A stretch of DNA of 64,000 nucleotides, from positions 55,466 to 119,465 of the forward strand of contig JBCNVM010000004.1 in assembly GCA_039630085.1 (NCBI GenBank), written 5' to 3'. The notes beneath the pieces were generated by a model that did not search any database, had not been told where the DNA came from, and saw only the letters and a program-made list of their open reading frames with translations. The translations under genes were made by a program, and so were the position numbers. This document shows, piece after piece, positions 27,677-37,528 of the stretch (position 1 is its first letter; each line of letters begins with the position of its first letter). Origin of the DNA: Candidatus Caldarchaeales archaeon (GTDB lineage: Archaea > Thermoproteota > Nitrososphaeria_A > Caldarchaeales > Calditenuaceae).

Positions 27677-29488
27677 ATGGACGGGGAGCCGAGGAGGATC
27701 GTTCCGGACACCAGCGTCCTGATCAACAGGGTCCTCTCGAGGATGATCGAGTCCGGCGAGCTGAGGGACGCGGAGATCATCGTGCCCGTCCCGGCCCTCG
27801 ACGAGCTCCAGGCCCAGGCCTCGAGGGGGAGGGGGGAGGGGTTCGTCGGGCTCGAGGAGATCAAGAGGATCAGGGAGCTGGGGCAGTCGGCATCGGTCAC
27901 CGTGAGGTTCGCGGGCGAGAGGCCGACGCTCGAGGAGATCAGGCTCGCGAGGGGAGGCAGGATCGACGCGCTGATCAGGGACGTAGCGAAGCGTGAGGGC
28001 GCGGTCCTCTATACCTCGGACTACGTCCAGGCGCTGGTCGCGGAGGCAGAGGGCGTGAAGGCGGTCCACGTCCCTTGGAGGCCTGAGGTCGGCGAGCTCT
28101 CGGTGACGAGGCTTGTGACGCCCGACACGATCAGCCTTCACCTCAAGGTCGGGGCGCCACCGATGGCGAAGAGGGGCAGACCGGGCTCAGTCCAGCTGGT
28201 CAGGCTGAGGGAGGAGCCGCTCTCGCTGGAGGAGGTCCAGGCCTACGTCGACGAGCTGATGTGGGCCCTGAAGAACTCGAAGGAGGGTTACGTGGAGATC
28301 GTGCGGCAGGGCGCGATGGTAGCGCAGCTCGGGGACCTCAGGATAGCGGTCGCCAAGCCGCCCTTCAGCGACGAGCTGGAGCTGACGGTCGTAAGGCCTC
28401 TGGTGAGGATGAAGCTCGAGGACTACAACCTGAGCGAGAGGCTGATCGCGAGGCTCTCGAAGAGGGCTGAGGGCATCCTGATCGCGGGCCCGCCGGGGTC
28501 CGGCAAGACCACCTTCGCCTCCTCCCTCGCCGAGTTCTACTCCGGACTGGGGAAGGTCGTCAAGACCCTCGAGTCCCCGAGGGACCTCCTCGTCGGACCG
28601 GAGATAACACAGTACGGGCCACTGGAGGGCGACTTCGAGAAGACCGCGGAGGTCCTGCTGCTGGTCAGGCCGGACTACACGATCTTCGACGAGATGCGGA
28701 GGCCGAGGGACTTCCAGGTCTTCATCGACATGAGGCTCGCGGGTGTCGGGATGGTCGGGGTGATCCACGCGAGCGACCCCATCGACGCGATCCAGCGCTT
28801 CCTCGAGCGGACCGAGCTCGGGACTCTGCCCCACATCGTCGACACGGTGATCTTCCTAAAGGACGGCAGGGTCGAGAAGGTCCTTGAGCTGTCCCTGACC
28901 GTCAGGCTCCCGAAAGGGATGAGGAACGAGGACCTCGTCAGGCCGCTGGTGGAGGTTAGGGACTTCGAGTCCGGCGAGCTCGAGTACGAGATCTACACGT
29001 TCGGGGAGGAGCGGGTCGTAGTCTCGCTCAAGCCGCGGGGCGTGGAGGAGGCCGTCTCCAAGGTCGAGGAGCTGCTGAGGGGCGCGGGCTTGGAGGGCTT
29101 CAGGCTCGAGACCTCTCCGGAGGGGACGATCACGGTCATGGTCGACAGGGCCCACCTCAAGGCGGCGGGCAGGTCCCTCGGTAGGTCGCTGAAGGAGGTC
29201 GAGAGGGGTCACGGCGTCAGGGTCAAGGTCGTCCCGTTCCCCGACGCGGTCGGCGAGGAGGTCGAGTGCTTGGTCAGCGACGCCGGTCCCTCGATCGTCC
29301 TGACCGTGAAGGGCGTCGAGGCGGGCAAGCCCGTGAGCGTATACGTCGAGGGAGAGTACCTCCTCACCGCGACCGTCGGGAAGAGGGGGAAGGTCAAGGT
29401 CTCGAAGGGGACCGAGGCGGGGAAGGCGCTCCTCTCGGCCGTAGCCGAGGGCAAGAGGATCAGGACTTTCCTGCCCAAGCTAAGCTAA
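27677..29488 (+). CDS. PIN-domain ATPase (PINA)
   Basis: N-terminal PIN (DTSVL, TSD), GPPGSGKTT, ESPRDL, DEMR, KH-like C-terminus. Confidence 0.9.
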   Translation: MDGEPRRIVPDTSVLINRVLSRMIESGELRDAEIIVPVPALDELQAQASRGRGEGFVGLEEIKRIRELGQSASVTVRFAGERPTLEEIRLARGGRIDALIRDVAKREGAVLYTSDYVQALVAEAEGVKAVHVPWRPEVGELSVTRLVTPDTISLHLKVGAPPMAKRGRPGSVQLVRLREEPLSLEEVQAYVDELMWALKNSKEGYVEIVRQGAMVAQLGDLRIAVAKPPFSDELELTVVRPLVRMKLEDYNLSERLIARLSKRAEGILIAGPPGSGKTTFASSLAEFYSGLGKVVKTLESPRDLLVGPEITQYGPLEGDFEKTAEVLLLVRPDYTIFDEMRRPRDFQVFIDMRLAGVGMVGVIHASDPIDAIQRFLERTELGTLPHIVDTVIFLKDGRVEKVLELSLTVRLPKGMRNEDLVRPLVEVRDFESGELEYEIYTFGEERVVVSLKPRGVEEAVSKVEELLRGAGLEGFRLETSPEGTITVMVDRAHLKAAGRSLGRSLKEVERGHGVRVKVVPFPDAVGEEVECLVSDAGPSIVLTVKGVEAGKPVSVYVEGEYLLTATVGKRGKVKVSKGTEAGKALLSAVAEGKRIRTFLPKLS

Positions 29489-29928
29489 CGGCTCCTCAGC
29501 TCCAACAGCCGCTTCCTGGCGCCCGAGACCGCGACCTCGTCATACACCGAAAGCGCCGATGAGGCGATGCCAGCGGCGAGGACGGCCAAGTTCGCGGAGA
29601 TCAGGACCCCGAATAGGATTCCCAGGGTCAGGCCGACCGCGGCCCCGATCAGGTGGCCTCCCAGCGACCTCGTGAGCACCGCGACCGACGCGATGACCGC
29701 CGACGCCACGGCAAGGCTCCAGTAGGGGACCGAGGAGGCTGCGGCCGCGAGGCCCGACGCGAGGAGGAGCGCTGCGGAGGCGTATGCGAAAGCCGGCGAA
29801 GGCTTCGGGAGCCTCTCCTCCACCGGGACCAAGGTGAACTGCCTGCCGCACCTCGGGCAGACGGCCTTCCAGGCCTGGAGCCTCACCTCGAGGTCGCAGT
29901 CCGTGCACCGGTAGAGCTTCGTCCTCAA
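29485..29928 (-). CDS. Zinc-ribbon membrane protein
   Basis: CTDC...CPRC followed by about 4 hydrophobic segments; start approximate. Confidence 0.65.
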   Translation of the reverse strand: MRTKLYRCTDCDLEVRLQAWKAVCPRCGRQFTLVPVEERLPKPSPAFAYASAALLLASGLAAAASSVPYWSLAVASAVIASVAVLTRSLGGHLIGAAVGLTLGILFGVLISANLAVLAAGIASSALSVYDEVAVSGARKRLLELRSR

Positions 29929-30038
29929 CGCCCCGCGATCTTCTACCGGGCTCTTAAACGTGGTCCCGCGCCTGATGCGCAAGGGAGAAACCCCGAGCCA
30001 GCTATCAGGTTATATCCACGAGGAGAGAAGGGTCCGCG

Positions 30039-30650
30039 ATGTCGGCGCCGGTGACGCTCGAGGGCCTGATCGAGGAGATCGTCTCGGAGGCCCTGATCGT
30101 CTACGAGTCCAAGATCGACGAGGCGGGGAAGAGGGTCCTGGAGAGGCTCGAGAGGGAGGGCGCGAGGCTCCTCGAGGAGCTCAGGTCGGAGCTCGAGCGG
30201 ATCGGCAGGGAGGTTGAGTCCGAGAGGATGAGGAGGATCGGACAGCTGGAGCTCGAGGCGAGGAGAGCATACCTCGAGGAGATGGAGAGGATGGTCGACG
30301 CGGCCTTCAGGGACGCGGTTGAGCGGGTGAGGTCGATGAGGGGCTCGAAGGAGTACAGGGAGTTCCTCAAGAGGAGCCTCTCCGATGCCGTCGAGTCGCT
30401 CGGGACGGGGGAGGTCGTCGTCGAGACCTGCGCGGAGGACATGGACGCTGTCAGGTCGATCTCAAAGGAGCTCTCGAAGGAGAAGGGCGTGAAAGTGAAA
30501 ATCTCGGATAAACCGATACCCGCGATCGGGGGCATAAGGGCCTCGAGGTCCGACGGCAGTATGGTGATAGACTCGACCCTGGATTACAGGCTGAAGAGGG
30601 CCGAGGAGCAGCTCAGGTCGATCGTCGTCAGGGCGCTGAGCGGACAGTAG
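30039..30650 (+). CDS. atpE: A/V-type ATP synthase subunit E
   Basis: Coiled-coil N-terminus; IGGI...DG...IDSTLD.RL. Confidence 0.85.
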   Translation: MSAPVTLEGLIEEIVSEALIVYESKIDEAGKRVLERLEREGARLLEELRSELERIGREVESERMRRIGQLELEARRAYLEEMERMVDAAFRDAVERVRSMRGSKEYREFLKRSLSDAVESLGTGEVVVETCAEDMDAVRSISKELSKEKGVKVKISDKPIPAIGGIRASRSDGSMVIDSTLDYRLKRAEEQLRSIVVRALSGQ

Positions 30651-30654
30651 CCGG

Positions 30655-31122
30655 TCAGATCTCCGGGCGCGAGTTGAACTTCACCCATTCCGAGACCCTG
30701 AACTCGTTCGCCCTGTAGTCGGACCTGTACGGCTTGATGTCGAGCACCGGCGTCCCGTCGAAGAGGTCGAGGCCCTCGACGTGGAGAAGCCTTCCCTCCC
30801 TCCTCACAAGCCTGACCAGGGTCAGCGCGATCGGGTTCGGCCTGACAGGCGAGTCGGTTGCGAAGACACCTAGCTCCGGTAGCTCCTCCTCCCTGAAGCC
30901 CTTCCTGAGGAGCCTCCTCGGCTTGACCCTGAGGAGCCTCTGCCGGACCCTGTCCAGATAGGCGATCAGGAAGAGATGCGTGTACCCCTCGATCCCGTCG
31001 AGTGCCTCCTCGAACTCCGGGAAGACCTCGACGACCCCCCGCAGCTCCCCTGACCTCTCCCTGACCTCCTCCTCGGAAGCATCGACCCTCACAACGCCGA
31101 CGGCCCTGAGGGTGAACTCCAC
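30655..31122 (-). CDS. trmO: tRNA m6t6A37 methyltransferase TrmO/TsaA family
   Basis: GVFATDSP.RPNPI, GLD.FDGTPVLDIKPY. Confidence 0.88.
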   Translation of the reverse strand: MEFTLRAVGVVRVDASEEEVRERSGELRGVVEVFPEFEEALDGIEGYTHLFLIAYLDRVRQRLLRVKPRRLLRKGFREEELPELGVFATDSPVRPNPIALTLVRLVRREGRLLHVEGLDLFDGTPVLDIKPYRSDYRANEFRVSEWVKFNSRPEI

Positions 31123-31166
31123 GCCTGACCTCCTGGGACCCCTCTTATCACCGTGAGCTCAACGGG

Positions 31167-31943
31167 TCACATCGGCCTCCTCAGCCTGCGGTGGAGCATC
31201 AGGAAGACGACGGAGCCGTGGACCAAGGGCGTCAGCCAGAGGAGGAGGGCCTCGGTCCAGGTGAGGCTGACGAGGCCCGCGGCCGCCTGCATCAGCCTCG
31301 CGGGAGAAGTGGTAGGGGAGACGAACGCCAAGTACCTCAGCTCGGGCCACGGAATCCTCTCGAGCGGGTAGAAGACCGGAGGCAGGTAGGAGAAGACGCC
31401 GGTGAAGATCGGCGAGTACACCCAGAGGTCCCTGATGTCCCGGGCGAACGTGCTGATGTAGTAGCCTATCATCGAGACGATCGCCCACGTCGCCGCCAAC
31501 GCCCCGAAGAAAACAGCCCAGCTCCAGAGCTGGTTAACCCCCGCGAGGGCCCAGAGCAGGACTCCGAAGACCAGCATCCCCGGGAGCGCGTTGATCAGGT
31601 TCCCGAGCGCCAGCCCCACCGCGTAGGGTATCAGGCCTCCCTTGGTCAGGACGAACATCGACTCGATCTTCAGGATCAGCCTGTTGAAGGCCGCGTCCGA
31701 CTCCATCGTGATCGAGTTGGCAACGACGATCGAGGTCATCCCGCCTATCAGGGCGTAGGGCACGATCTCCCGTATCCCGTAGACCGAGAGGAAGAGGAGG
31801 AAGGCCATCGGCGCCAGCATCGGCGAGAGCGACCAGAGGGGGTTCTGCTTGAACGGGATCACCCCGAATAGCATCGTCGATGCGTAGACGGACTTCAGGA
31901 AGGAGACCAGGCCCTCAGCGAGCCTCCTCCTCAACGTGACCAC
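31167..31943 (-). CDS. ABC-2 type transporter permease
   Basis: Multi-TM; PPVFYP. Confidence 0.8.
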   Translation of the reverse strand: MVTLRRRLAEGLVSFLKSVYASTMLFGVIPFKQNPLWSLSPMLAPMAFLLFLSVYGIREIVPYALIGGMTSIVVANSITMESDAAFNRLILKIESMFVLTKGGLIPYAVGLALGNLINALPGMLVFGVLLWALAGVNQLWSWAVFFGALAATWAIVSMIGYYISTFARDIRDLWVYSPIFTGVFSYLPPVFYPLERIPWPELRYLAFVSPTTSPARLMQAAAGLVSLTWTEALLLWLTPLVHGSVVFLMLHRRLRRPM

Positions 31944-32829
31944 CCGCCAGCAGGATGAAGGCGTCCTCGAGCGAGGTCCGGGAGACGTTCACCCTCCACC
32001 CCCTCCAGATCGCGACGTCAGCGAGGTCCCTCGCGCCAGACCCGGTCGTCAGGACCCTGAACCGGTCTCCGATCCTCCTGACCAGACCGTAGGCGTTGAG
32101 CTCATCGGGGTCCGCGTCGCCCTCGACGTCGACCCTGTACTCGTACTCGACGGCCCTCATCACCTCCTCGACGCTCCCAGTGACGATGATCCTTCCGTAG
32201 TTTATGATCGAGATCCTGTCGGAGATCGTCTCGGCCTCCTCCATGTTGTGCGTGGTGACTATGACCGTCCTCCCCTCCTCGGAGGCCCTCCTGATCTGGG
32301 ACCACATCGTCGTCCTAGAGATGGGGTCGAGTCCGATAGTAGGCTCGTCGAGGAAGAGGACATCGGCCTCGGTCGCCATCGCCATAGCGACGTAGACCCT
32401 CTGCCTCATCCCTCCCGAGAGGTTGCCGCAGATCACGTCCTTGACCTCCCAGAGCTCCATCGCCTCGAGGTACTCCCTCGCCCTCCTCGCGGCCTCGTGA
32501 CCCGGCATGCCCCTCGCGATCAGGTAGTAGTAGACGTGGGCCCACGGCGTCGAGAGGTTCGACGGCCTCCCCTCCTGCGGCACCACCGCGATCCTCCTCC
32601 TGATCCATCCGGCGTCCGCGACCACGTCGCGTCCAAGGACCCTGACCGTGCCCTTGCTGGGCTTGAGGAGCGTGCAGGCTATCCTGATGAAGGTCGTCTT
32701 CCCGGCTCCGTTCCTCCCGAGGAGCGCGAAGACCTCGCCCTCGTTGACCGCGAGCGTCGCGCCCTTCAGGACCCAGTTCTGGCCGTCGTAGGTCTTCCAG
32801 AGGTCCTCCGACTCGACCGCCGCGCCCAT
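31915..32829 (-). CDS. ABC transporter ATP-binding protein
   Basis: GRNGAGKTT, LSGGMRQR, FLDEPT. Confidence 0.93.
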   Translation of the reverse strand: MGAAVESEDLWKTYDGQNWVLKGATLAVNEGEVFALLGRNGAGKTTFIRIACTLLKPSKGTVRVLGRDVVADAGWIRRRIAVVPQEGRPSNLSTPWAHVYYYLIARGMPGHEAARRAREYLEAMELWEVKDVICGNLSGGMRQRVYVAMAMATEADVLFLDEPTIGLDPISRTTMWSQIRRASEEGRTVIVTTHNMEEAETISDRISIINYGRIIVTGSVEEVMRAVEYEYRVDVEGDADPDELNAYGLVRRIGDRFRVLTTGSGARDLADVAIWRGWRVNVSRTSLEDAFILLAGGHVEEEAR

Positions 32830-32867
32830 CCGAGAATTCGAAGTCCTCGGTCCCTAATGAAAGGGAC

Positions 32868-33557
32868 TCACCCACGCCTCCTGATCAGCGCGTGCGCGAG
32901 CCTGCCCTCCAGCACGAACTCGAGGAGCTCGTTGCCGGTGATCCTCGACCAAGCCCTGACCTCCCGCTCGGCGTTCTCGTCGGCCTCCGCTACCAAGTGG
33001 ATGACCTGTCCGGGAGGGACCTGCCTGATCGCGTCGGCCAGAACCAGCAGCGCTTGGCTGCACTCGACTCCCAAGGCCGCCATCACGACGTCCGGGACCT
33101 CCTTGAAGCACACGATCCCCCTGCTTCTTATCTCCTCGCTGAGGGCCTCGGCCACCTCACCGAACGTCCTGAGCCTCTCCCTGTATCCGGCCTCGAGCGG
33201 CCTCAACTTCGCGATCCAGCCCCGGTTGTATGGGTCCGACTGGCAGAGGTGCGGGACCTCAAGTAGCTCCCGGTTCGCGTCGACGACCTCGGCCCTGAAC
33301 CTCGCGTTAACGTGCCCCACGAACTTCTTGGCCTCGACGAACGCGATCGACCTGCCCTCCTCGACGACGGTCCCGGGAGGCTTCGGCCTAACGGATGTCA
33401 CCTTGCCCCACTTCGTCTGAGTAGTCGGGAGCACTCCCACGGTCATGATGTCGCCCTCCTCCATGTACCAGCTCTCGTTCTCGAGGTCGTAGAGGGCCCT
33501 CCTCGGTAACGCGCAGCCGTTCACGACCAGCACCTCCTGTCCCTCCGAGACGCCCAT
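32868..33557 (-). CDS. GcvH/LbpA-like lipoyl-carrier domain fused to a TusA-like sulfur carrier
   Basis: NGC.LP...LY, VEAKKFVG, DPY.RGW, GIVC; then ALGVECSQAL...PGQVIHLV......EVRAW....GNEL...IRR. Confidence 0.8.
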   Translation of the reverse strand: MGVSEGQEVLVVNGCALPRRALYDLENESWYMEEGDIMTVGVLPTTQTKWGKVTSVRPKPPGTVVEEGRSIAFVEAKKFVGHVNARFRAEVVDANRELLEVPHLCQSDPYNRGWIAKLRPLEAGYRERLRTFGEVAEALSEEIRSRGIVCFKEVPDVVMAALGVECSQALLVLADAIRQVPPGQVIHLVAEADENAEREVRAWSRITGNELLEFVLEGRLAHALIRRRG

Positions 33558-33672
33558 TCGCTCCGCGCCCCACATTCGGTGGCCGGCTTTAAGCCGTGCA
33601 GGTCCACTCCGACCGAGGGACACCGTCGACCGCTGAAGGCTGAAATTCGGGCCGGCGGACTCGGGTTCGGGA

Positions 33673-34962
33673 GTGAGGGTCTACATCGGTATCGACGACA
33701 CCGACTCCAAGAGGTCGATGTGCACGACCTACGTCGGAGCGGTAGCGCTGAGGAGGGCCGAGTCGGTCGGAGCCAGAAGGCTGGACTACCCGTGGCTGGT
33801 GAGGCTCAACCCGAACTGCCCCTACAAGACGAGGGGGAACGCGGCCGTCTGCCTGCCCGTCGAGGTCGACCCCTCGGCCTTCGAGGACGTCTGGGAGGTC
33901 GTGGTGGAGACCGTCGAGGAGCTCGCGGACCTGGAGAACGGGGCCGATCCTGGGGTCGTGGCGCTCGGGGAGGAGTCGAGGCCGGCGCTTCGCGGGCTCT
34001 ACTTCGGGGCGGTCAGGGAAATCGTCGAGCTCGATGAGGTCGTGGAGCTCGTCCGGTCGTCCGCGATCAGGCACTGGGGCTACGGCGAGATGAGGGGGCT
34101 GATCGGCGCTACGGCGGCCGCGGCAGCAGCTGAGGAGACCCTCTCGACGTTCGAGCTGCTGGCGTACAGGTCCGAGGAGATGTGGGGGAAGGAGAGGCTT
34201 GTCGACCCGGAGTCCGTGAGGGAGATGGACAACATCTACCGAGGCGTCACCTTCGACAACTACGACTACGAGAAGGACGAGGTCAGGGTCACGCCTCACA
34301 CGCCCTGTCCGGTCCTCCTCGGGATCAGGTCGGTCCGCGCGGACGTCCTCCCGGGAGCGCTGTCTGTCTTAAGGGTCGGCGAGCCGATCGAGTTCTTCGA
34401 GGTCTTCAGGACGAACCAGGCCACCGACATCCACTACGTCGAGCGGCAAGTAAGATCGGTCAGGCCCCTAGAGTCCGTCGTCGTGAGGGGCCTCGTCGCG
34501 GGCAAGCCAAGGGTCATACCCGGAGGCCACGTCCTACTGGAGGTCTCGGACGGAACGGGTGAGATCACGGTCGCCGCCTACGAGCCGACTGGCGAGCTGA
34601 GGAGGGTCGTGGAGAAGCTCGAGGTCGGTGACGAGGTCGCGGTCTACGGCGCCGTCAAGCCGAAGCCGGAGGGCCTCACGCTGAACCTCGAGAAGCTCGA
34701 GGTAGTCAGGCTGAGGACGGTCTACGCGGAGCGCGCCCCTAGGTGCCCGGACTGCGAGAGGACTATGAAGTCCGCGGGCTTCGGGAAGGGATACAGGTGC
34801 AAGGGATGCGGCAGGGTCGAACCGAACGCGATGAAGGTCAGGGTGAGGGTCGAGAGGGGCATTAGTGAAGGGGTTTACGAGGTCGCGGTCTCGGCGAGGC
34901 GGCACCTGGTCAAGCCGCTCTCGTTGCTGAACCTTAGCCGATCCGACGCCTGTGCAGCCTAA
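33673..34962 (+). CDS. tiaS: tRNA(Ile2) 2-agmatinylcytidine synthetase
   Basis: GIDDTDS..MCTT, RLNPN.PYKTRGN, TNQ.TD.H, AYEPT, zinc ribbon, RRHL.KP. Confidence 0.95.
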   Translation: MRVYIGIDDTDSKRSMCTTYVGAVALRRAESVGARRLDYPWLVRLNPNCPYKTRGNAAVCLPVEVDPSAFEDVWEVVVETVEELADLENGADPGVVALGEESRPALRGLYFGAVREIVELDEVVELVRSSAIRHWGYGEMRGLIGATAAAAAAEETLSTFELLAYRSEEMWGKERLVDPESVREMDNIYRGVTFDNYDYEKDEVRVTPHTPCPVLLGIRSVRADVLPGALSVLRVGEPIEFFEVFRTNQATDIHYVERQVRSVRPLESVVVRGLVAGKPRVIPGGHVLLEVSDGTGEITVAAYEPTGELRRVVEKLEVGDEVAVYGAVKPKPEGLTLNLEKLEVVRLRTVYAERAPRCPDCERTMKSAGFGKGYRCKGCGRVEPNAMKVRVRVERGISEGVYEVAVSARRHLVKPLSLLNLSRSDACAA

Positions 34963-35147
34963 TCCTCATCCCTCGGCCTCGAGAGGAGCGCGACCAGCAG
35001 CATCAGTGCTGCGGCGATCAACATTAGGGGCAGGAGGAACCTAAGGGCCACCCTCAGCCCAGCGACCACGCCGTAGAGGAACGTTCCGAGCAGCGAGAGA
35101 ACCGTGACGATCGCCGCCGCCAGCAGCACCAAGGCCCTTGGGCTCAA
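34959..35147 (-). CDS. Small membrane protein
   Basis: Two hydrophobic helices. Confidence 0.55.
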   Translation of the reverse strand: MSPRALVLLAAAIVTVLSLLGTFLYGVVAGLRVALRFLLPLMLIAAALMLLVALLSRPRDED

Positions 35148-35216
35148 CGAGCTCCATCGCCCCGACCCACTGATAAAGGGGATCCCCTAATAGCAGCGAG
35201 GACGTCGTCGGTCGGG

Positions 35217-36419
35217 TTGGAGCTGGCCGGCATCGTGGGGAAGGCCAACGTCGGCAAGAGCACGCTCTTCACCGCCCTCACGATGGTCGAGGTGCCGGCC
35301 GCGAACTTCCCCTTCACCACCACAAAGCCGAACAGGGGCATCACGCACCTGAGGGTGAGCTGCGTCTGCAGGGAGCTGGGCGTGAAGGACGACCCGAACA
35401 ACTCGCTCTGCGTCGACGGGACGAGGTTCGTTCCGATCGCAGTTATCGACTGCCCGGGGATCGTCAGGGGCGCCCACGCGGGGAGGGGCATGGGCCTCCA
35501 GTTCCTCGACGAGATCAGGCAGGCCGACGCGCTGGTAGTGGTCGCAGACGCGTCAGGTGGGACCGACGACGACGGCAACCCGGTCCAGCCGGGGACGCAC
35601 GACCCGGTCGAGGACGTGAAGATGGTGGAGGATGAGATGGACCTGTGGATGGCAGAGCTCCTCACGAGGGAATGGAACAGGGTCGTCAGGGTCGTAGAGG
35701 CAAAGCAGTCGACGATGGCGGAGGAGGTCGCGAGGAAGATGTCGGGGCTGAGGGTGAACGAGCAGGCCGCCGAGCAGGCTCTCGAGTCCGCGGGCCTCGA
35801 CGGCTCCAGGCCCTCGAGGTGGACCAAGGACGACGTCCTTCGCTACGTGAGGGCCCTCAGGAGGTCGACCAAACCGATGATAGTCGCGGCCAACAAGGCT
35901 GACGTCCACACCGCGAGGGAGGGGATCAGGAGGCTGGTCGAGGCGGGGTACGATGTCGTCCCCTGCAGCGCCGAGGCCGAGAAGCTCCTGAGGCTCGCGG
36001 CCAAGAGGGGAATCGTGAAGTACCTGCCCGGAGACGCGAGCTTCGAGGTCACCGAGTCCTCGAGGCTCACGCCGGAGCAGCGGAGGGCGCTCGAGAGGGT
36101 TGCGGAGTTCATGGAGAGGAACGGAGGGACGGGCGTCCAGAGGCTGATCGACAAGGTCTACCTCGATGTCCTCAGGTACATCCCGGTCTTCCCGGTAGAG
36201 GACCCGAGCACGTTCGCGGACTCAAAGGGGCGCGTCCTCCCCGACGTCTACTTGGTGAAGGAGGGCTCGACGCCGAGGGACCTGGCCTACAAGGTCCACA
36301 CGGAGCTTGGCGAGAACTTCCTCTACGCGATCGACGCGAGGACCAAGATGAGGCTCCCCTCGGACTACAGGCTGAGGCCGAGGGACGTGGTCTCTATCGT
36401 CAGCGTCGCCCGGAGGTGA
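35217..36419 (+). CDS. ychF: Obg-family YchF/OLA1-like NTPase (archaeal type)
   Basis: GKANVGKST, NFPFTT, D.PG, ANKAD, TGS domain. Confidence 0.92.
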   Translation: MELAGIVGKANVGKSTLFTALTMVEVPAANFPFTTTKPNRGITHLRVSCVCRELGVKDDPNNSLCVDGTRFVPIAVIDCPGIVRGAHAGRGMGLQFLDEIRQADALVVVADASGGTDDDGNPVQPGTHDPVEDVKMVEDEMDLWMAELLTREWNRVVRVVEAKQSTMAEEVARKMSGLRVNEQAAEQALESAGLDGSRPSRWTKDDVLRYVRALRRSTKPMIVAANKADVHTAREGIRRLVEAGYDVVPCSAEAEKLLRLAAKRGIVKYLPGDASFEVTESSRLTPEQRRALERVAEFMERNGGTGVQRLIDKVYLDVLRYIPVFPVEDPSTFADSKGRVLPDVYLVKEGSTPRDLAYKVHTELGENFLYAIDARTKMRLPSDYRLRPRDVVSIVSVARR

Positions 36420-36426
36420 GCGGGTC

Positions 36427-37494
36427 GTGGAGCCCCTGATCATAGACGGCTCGGTCGGGGAGGGCGGCGGTCAGATCCTGAGGATGGCGGTCTCGGCAGC
36501 GGCGCTGCTCTCCAAACCGATCAGGGTCGTGAACGTCAGGGCGAAGAGGAACCCTCCGGGACTCAGGCCCCAGCACCTCGTGGCGGTGAGAGGCGTCGCG
36601 GAGCTGAGCGGAGGCAGGGTCGAGGGCCTCAGGGTCGGGTCGATGGAGGTCGCGTTCTACCCTTCGGCGCCGAGATCGGGGAGGTTCGTCGTCGACGCGG
36701 GCACCGCGGGAAGCACCACGCTGATGCTCCAGTCGCTCCTCCCAGTCGCCGCGTTCGCGTCTGGGCCCGTCGAGCTCGAGCTCCGGGGAGGCACGAACAA
36801 CCCGATGGCGCCGCCCGTCGAGTACCTGAACTGGGTCCTGATGCCGGCGCTGAGGAGGTTGGGCGTAAAGGCCGAGATCGAGCTGGTCAGGAGGGGCTTC
36901 TACCCGAGGGGAGGCGGGATCGTGAGGGCGAAGGTCGAGCCCGTGAGGAGGCTCAGGCCGATTGACGCAGAGACGGGGAGGGTCGTCGGGGCGAGGGTCT
37001 TCGCCTACAGCTGCAACCTGCCCGAGCACATCGTCGAGAGGATGGCGAGGAGGGCGTCAGAGGGCCTGAGGAGGCTGAACGTCACCGAGGTCGCCGTCGA
37101 GACCGAGGTGCTTCAGAGCCCTGACCCGAAGTGCTCCCCAGACCCCGGCGCGGGCGTAATCATCGTCCTCGAGCTCGACAACGGTCTCGCGATGGGGTTC
37201 GACTCGCTGGGGGAGAGGGGAGTTCCGGCGGAGAAGGTCACCGACAGGGCGGTCGAGGAGTGCGCCAGGCAGCTGAGGACCGGTGCGCCGATCGACAGCC
37301 ACCTCGGAGACCAGCTCGTGATCTGGGTCGCGCTCGCGGACGGCCGGTCGACCTATAGGGTGACTGAGTTGACGAGCCACACGGAGACCGCGGTCTTCAT
37401 CGCTGAAAGGGTCATAGGCGCGAGGTTCGACGTCGAGTCCTTAGGCGATCGGGGAGCGAGGATAACCTGCGACGGCATAGGATTCGGGAGATAG
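36427..37494 (+). CDS. rtcA: RNA 3'-terminal phosphate cyclase
   Basis: GEGGGQILR, GLRPQH, GFYPRGGG, HLGDQL, SHT.T. Confidence 0.95.
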   Translation: MEPLIIDGSVGEGGGQILRMAVSAAALLSKPIRVVNVRAKRNPPGLRPQHLVAVRGVAELSGGRVEGLRVGSMEVAFYPSAPRSGRFVVDAGTAGSTTLMLQSLLPVAAFASGPVELELRGGTNNPMAPPVEYLNWVLMPALRRLGVKAEIELVRRGFYPRGGGIVRAKVEPVRRLRPIDAETGRVVGARVFAYSCNLPEHIVERMARRASEGLRRLNVTEVAVETEVLQSPDPKCSPDPGAGVIIVLELDNGLAMGFDSLGERGVPAEKVTDRAVEECARQLRTGAPIDSHLGDQLVIWVALADGRSTYRVTELTSHTETAVFIAERVIGARFDVESLGDRGARITCDGIGFGR

Positions 37495-37528
37495 TCTTAA
37501 AAAACGGAGATTAAGAAAAAGGCCGATC

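Noticed and set aside
30039-30650. Orphan ATP synthase subunit E
   Set aside because: Dispersed A-type ATPase genes are common in TACK archaea
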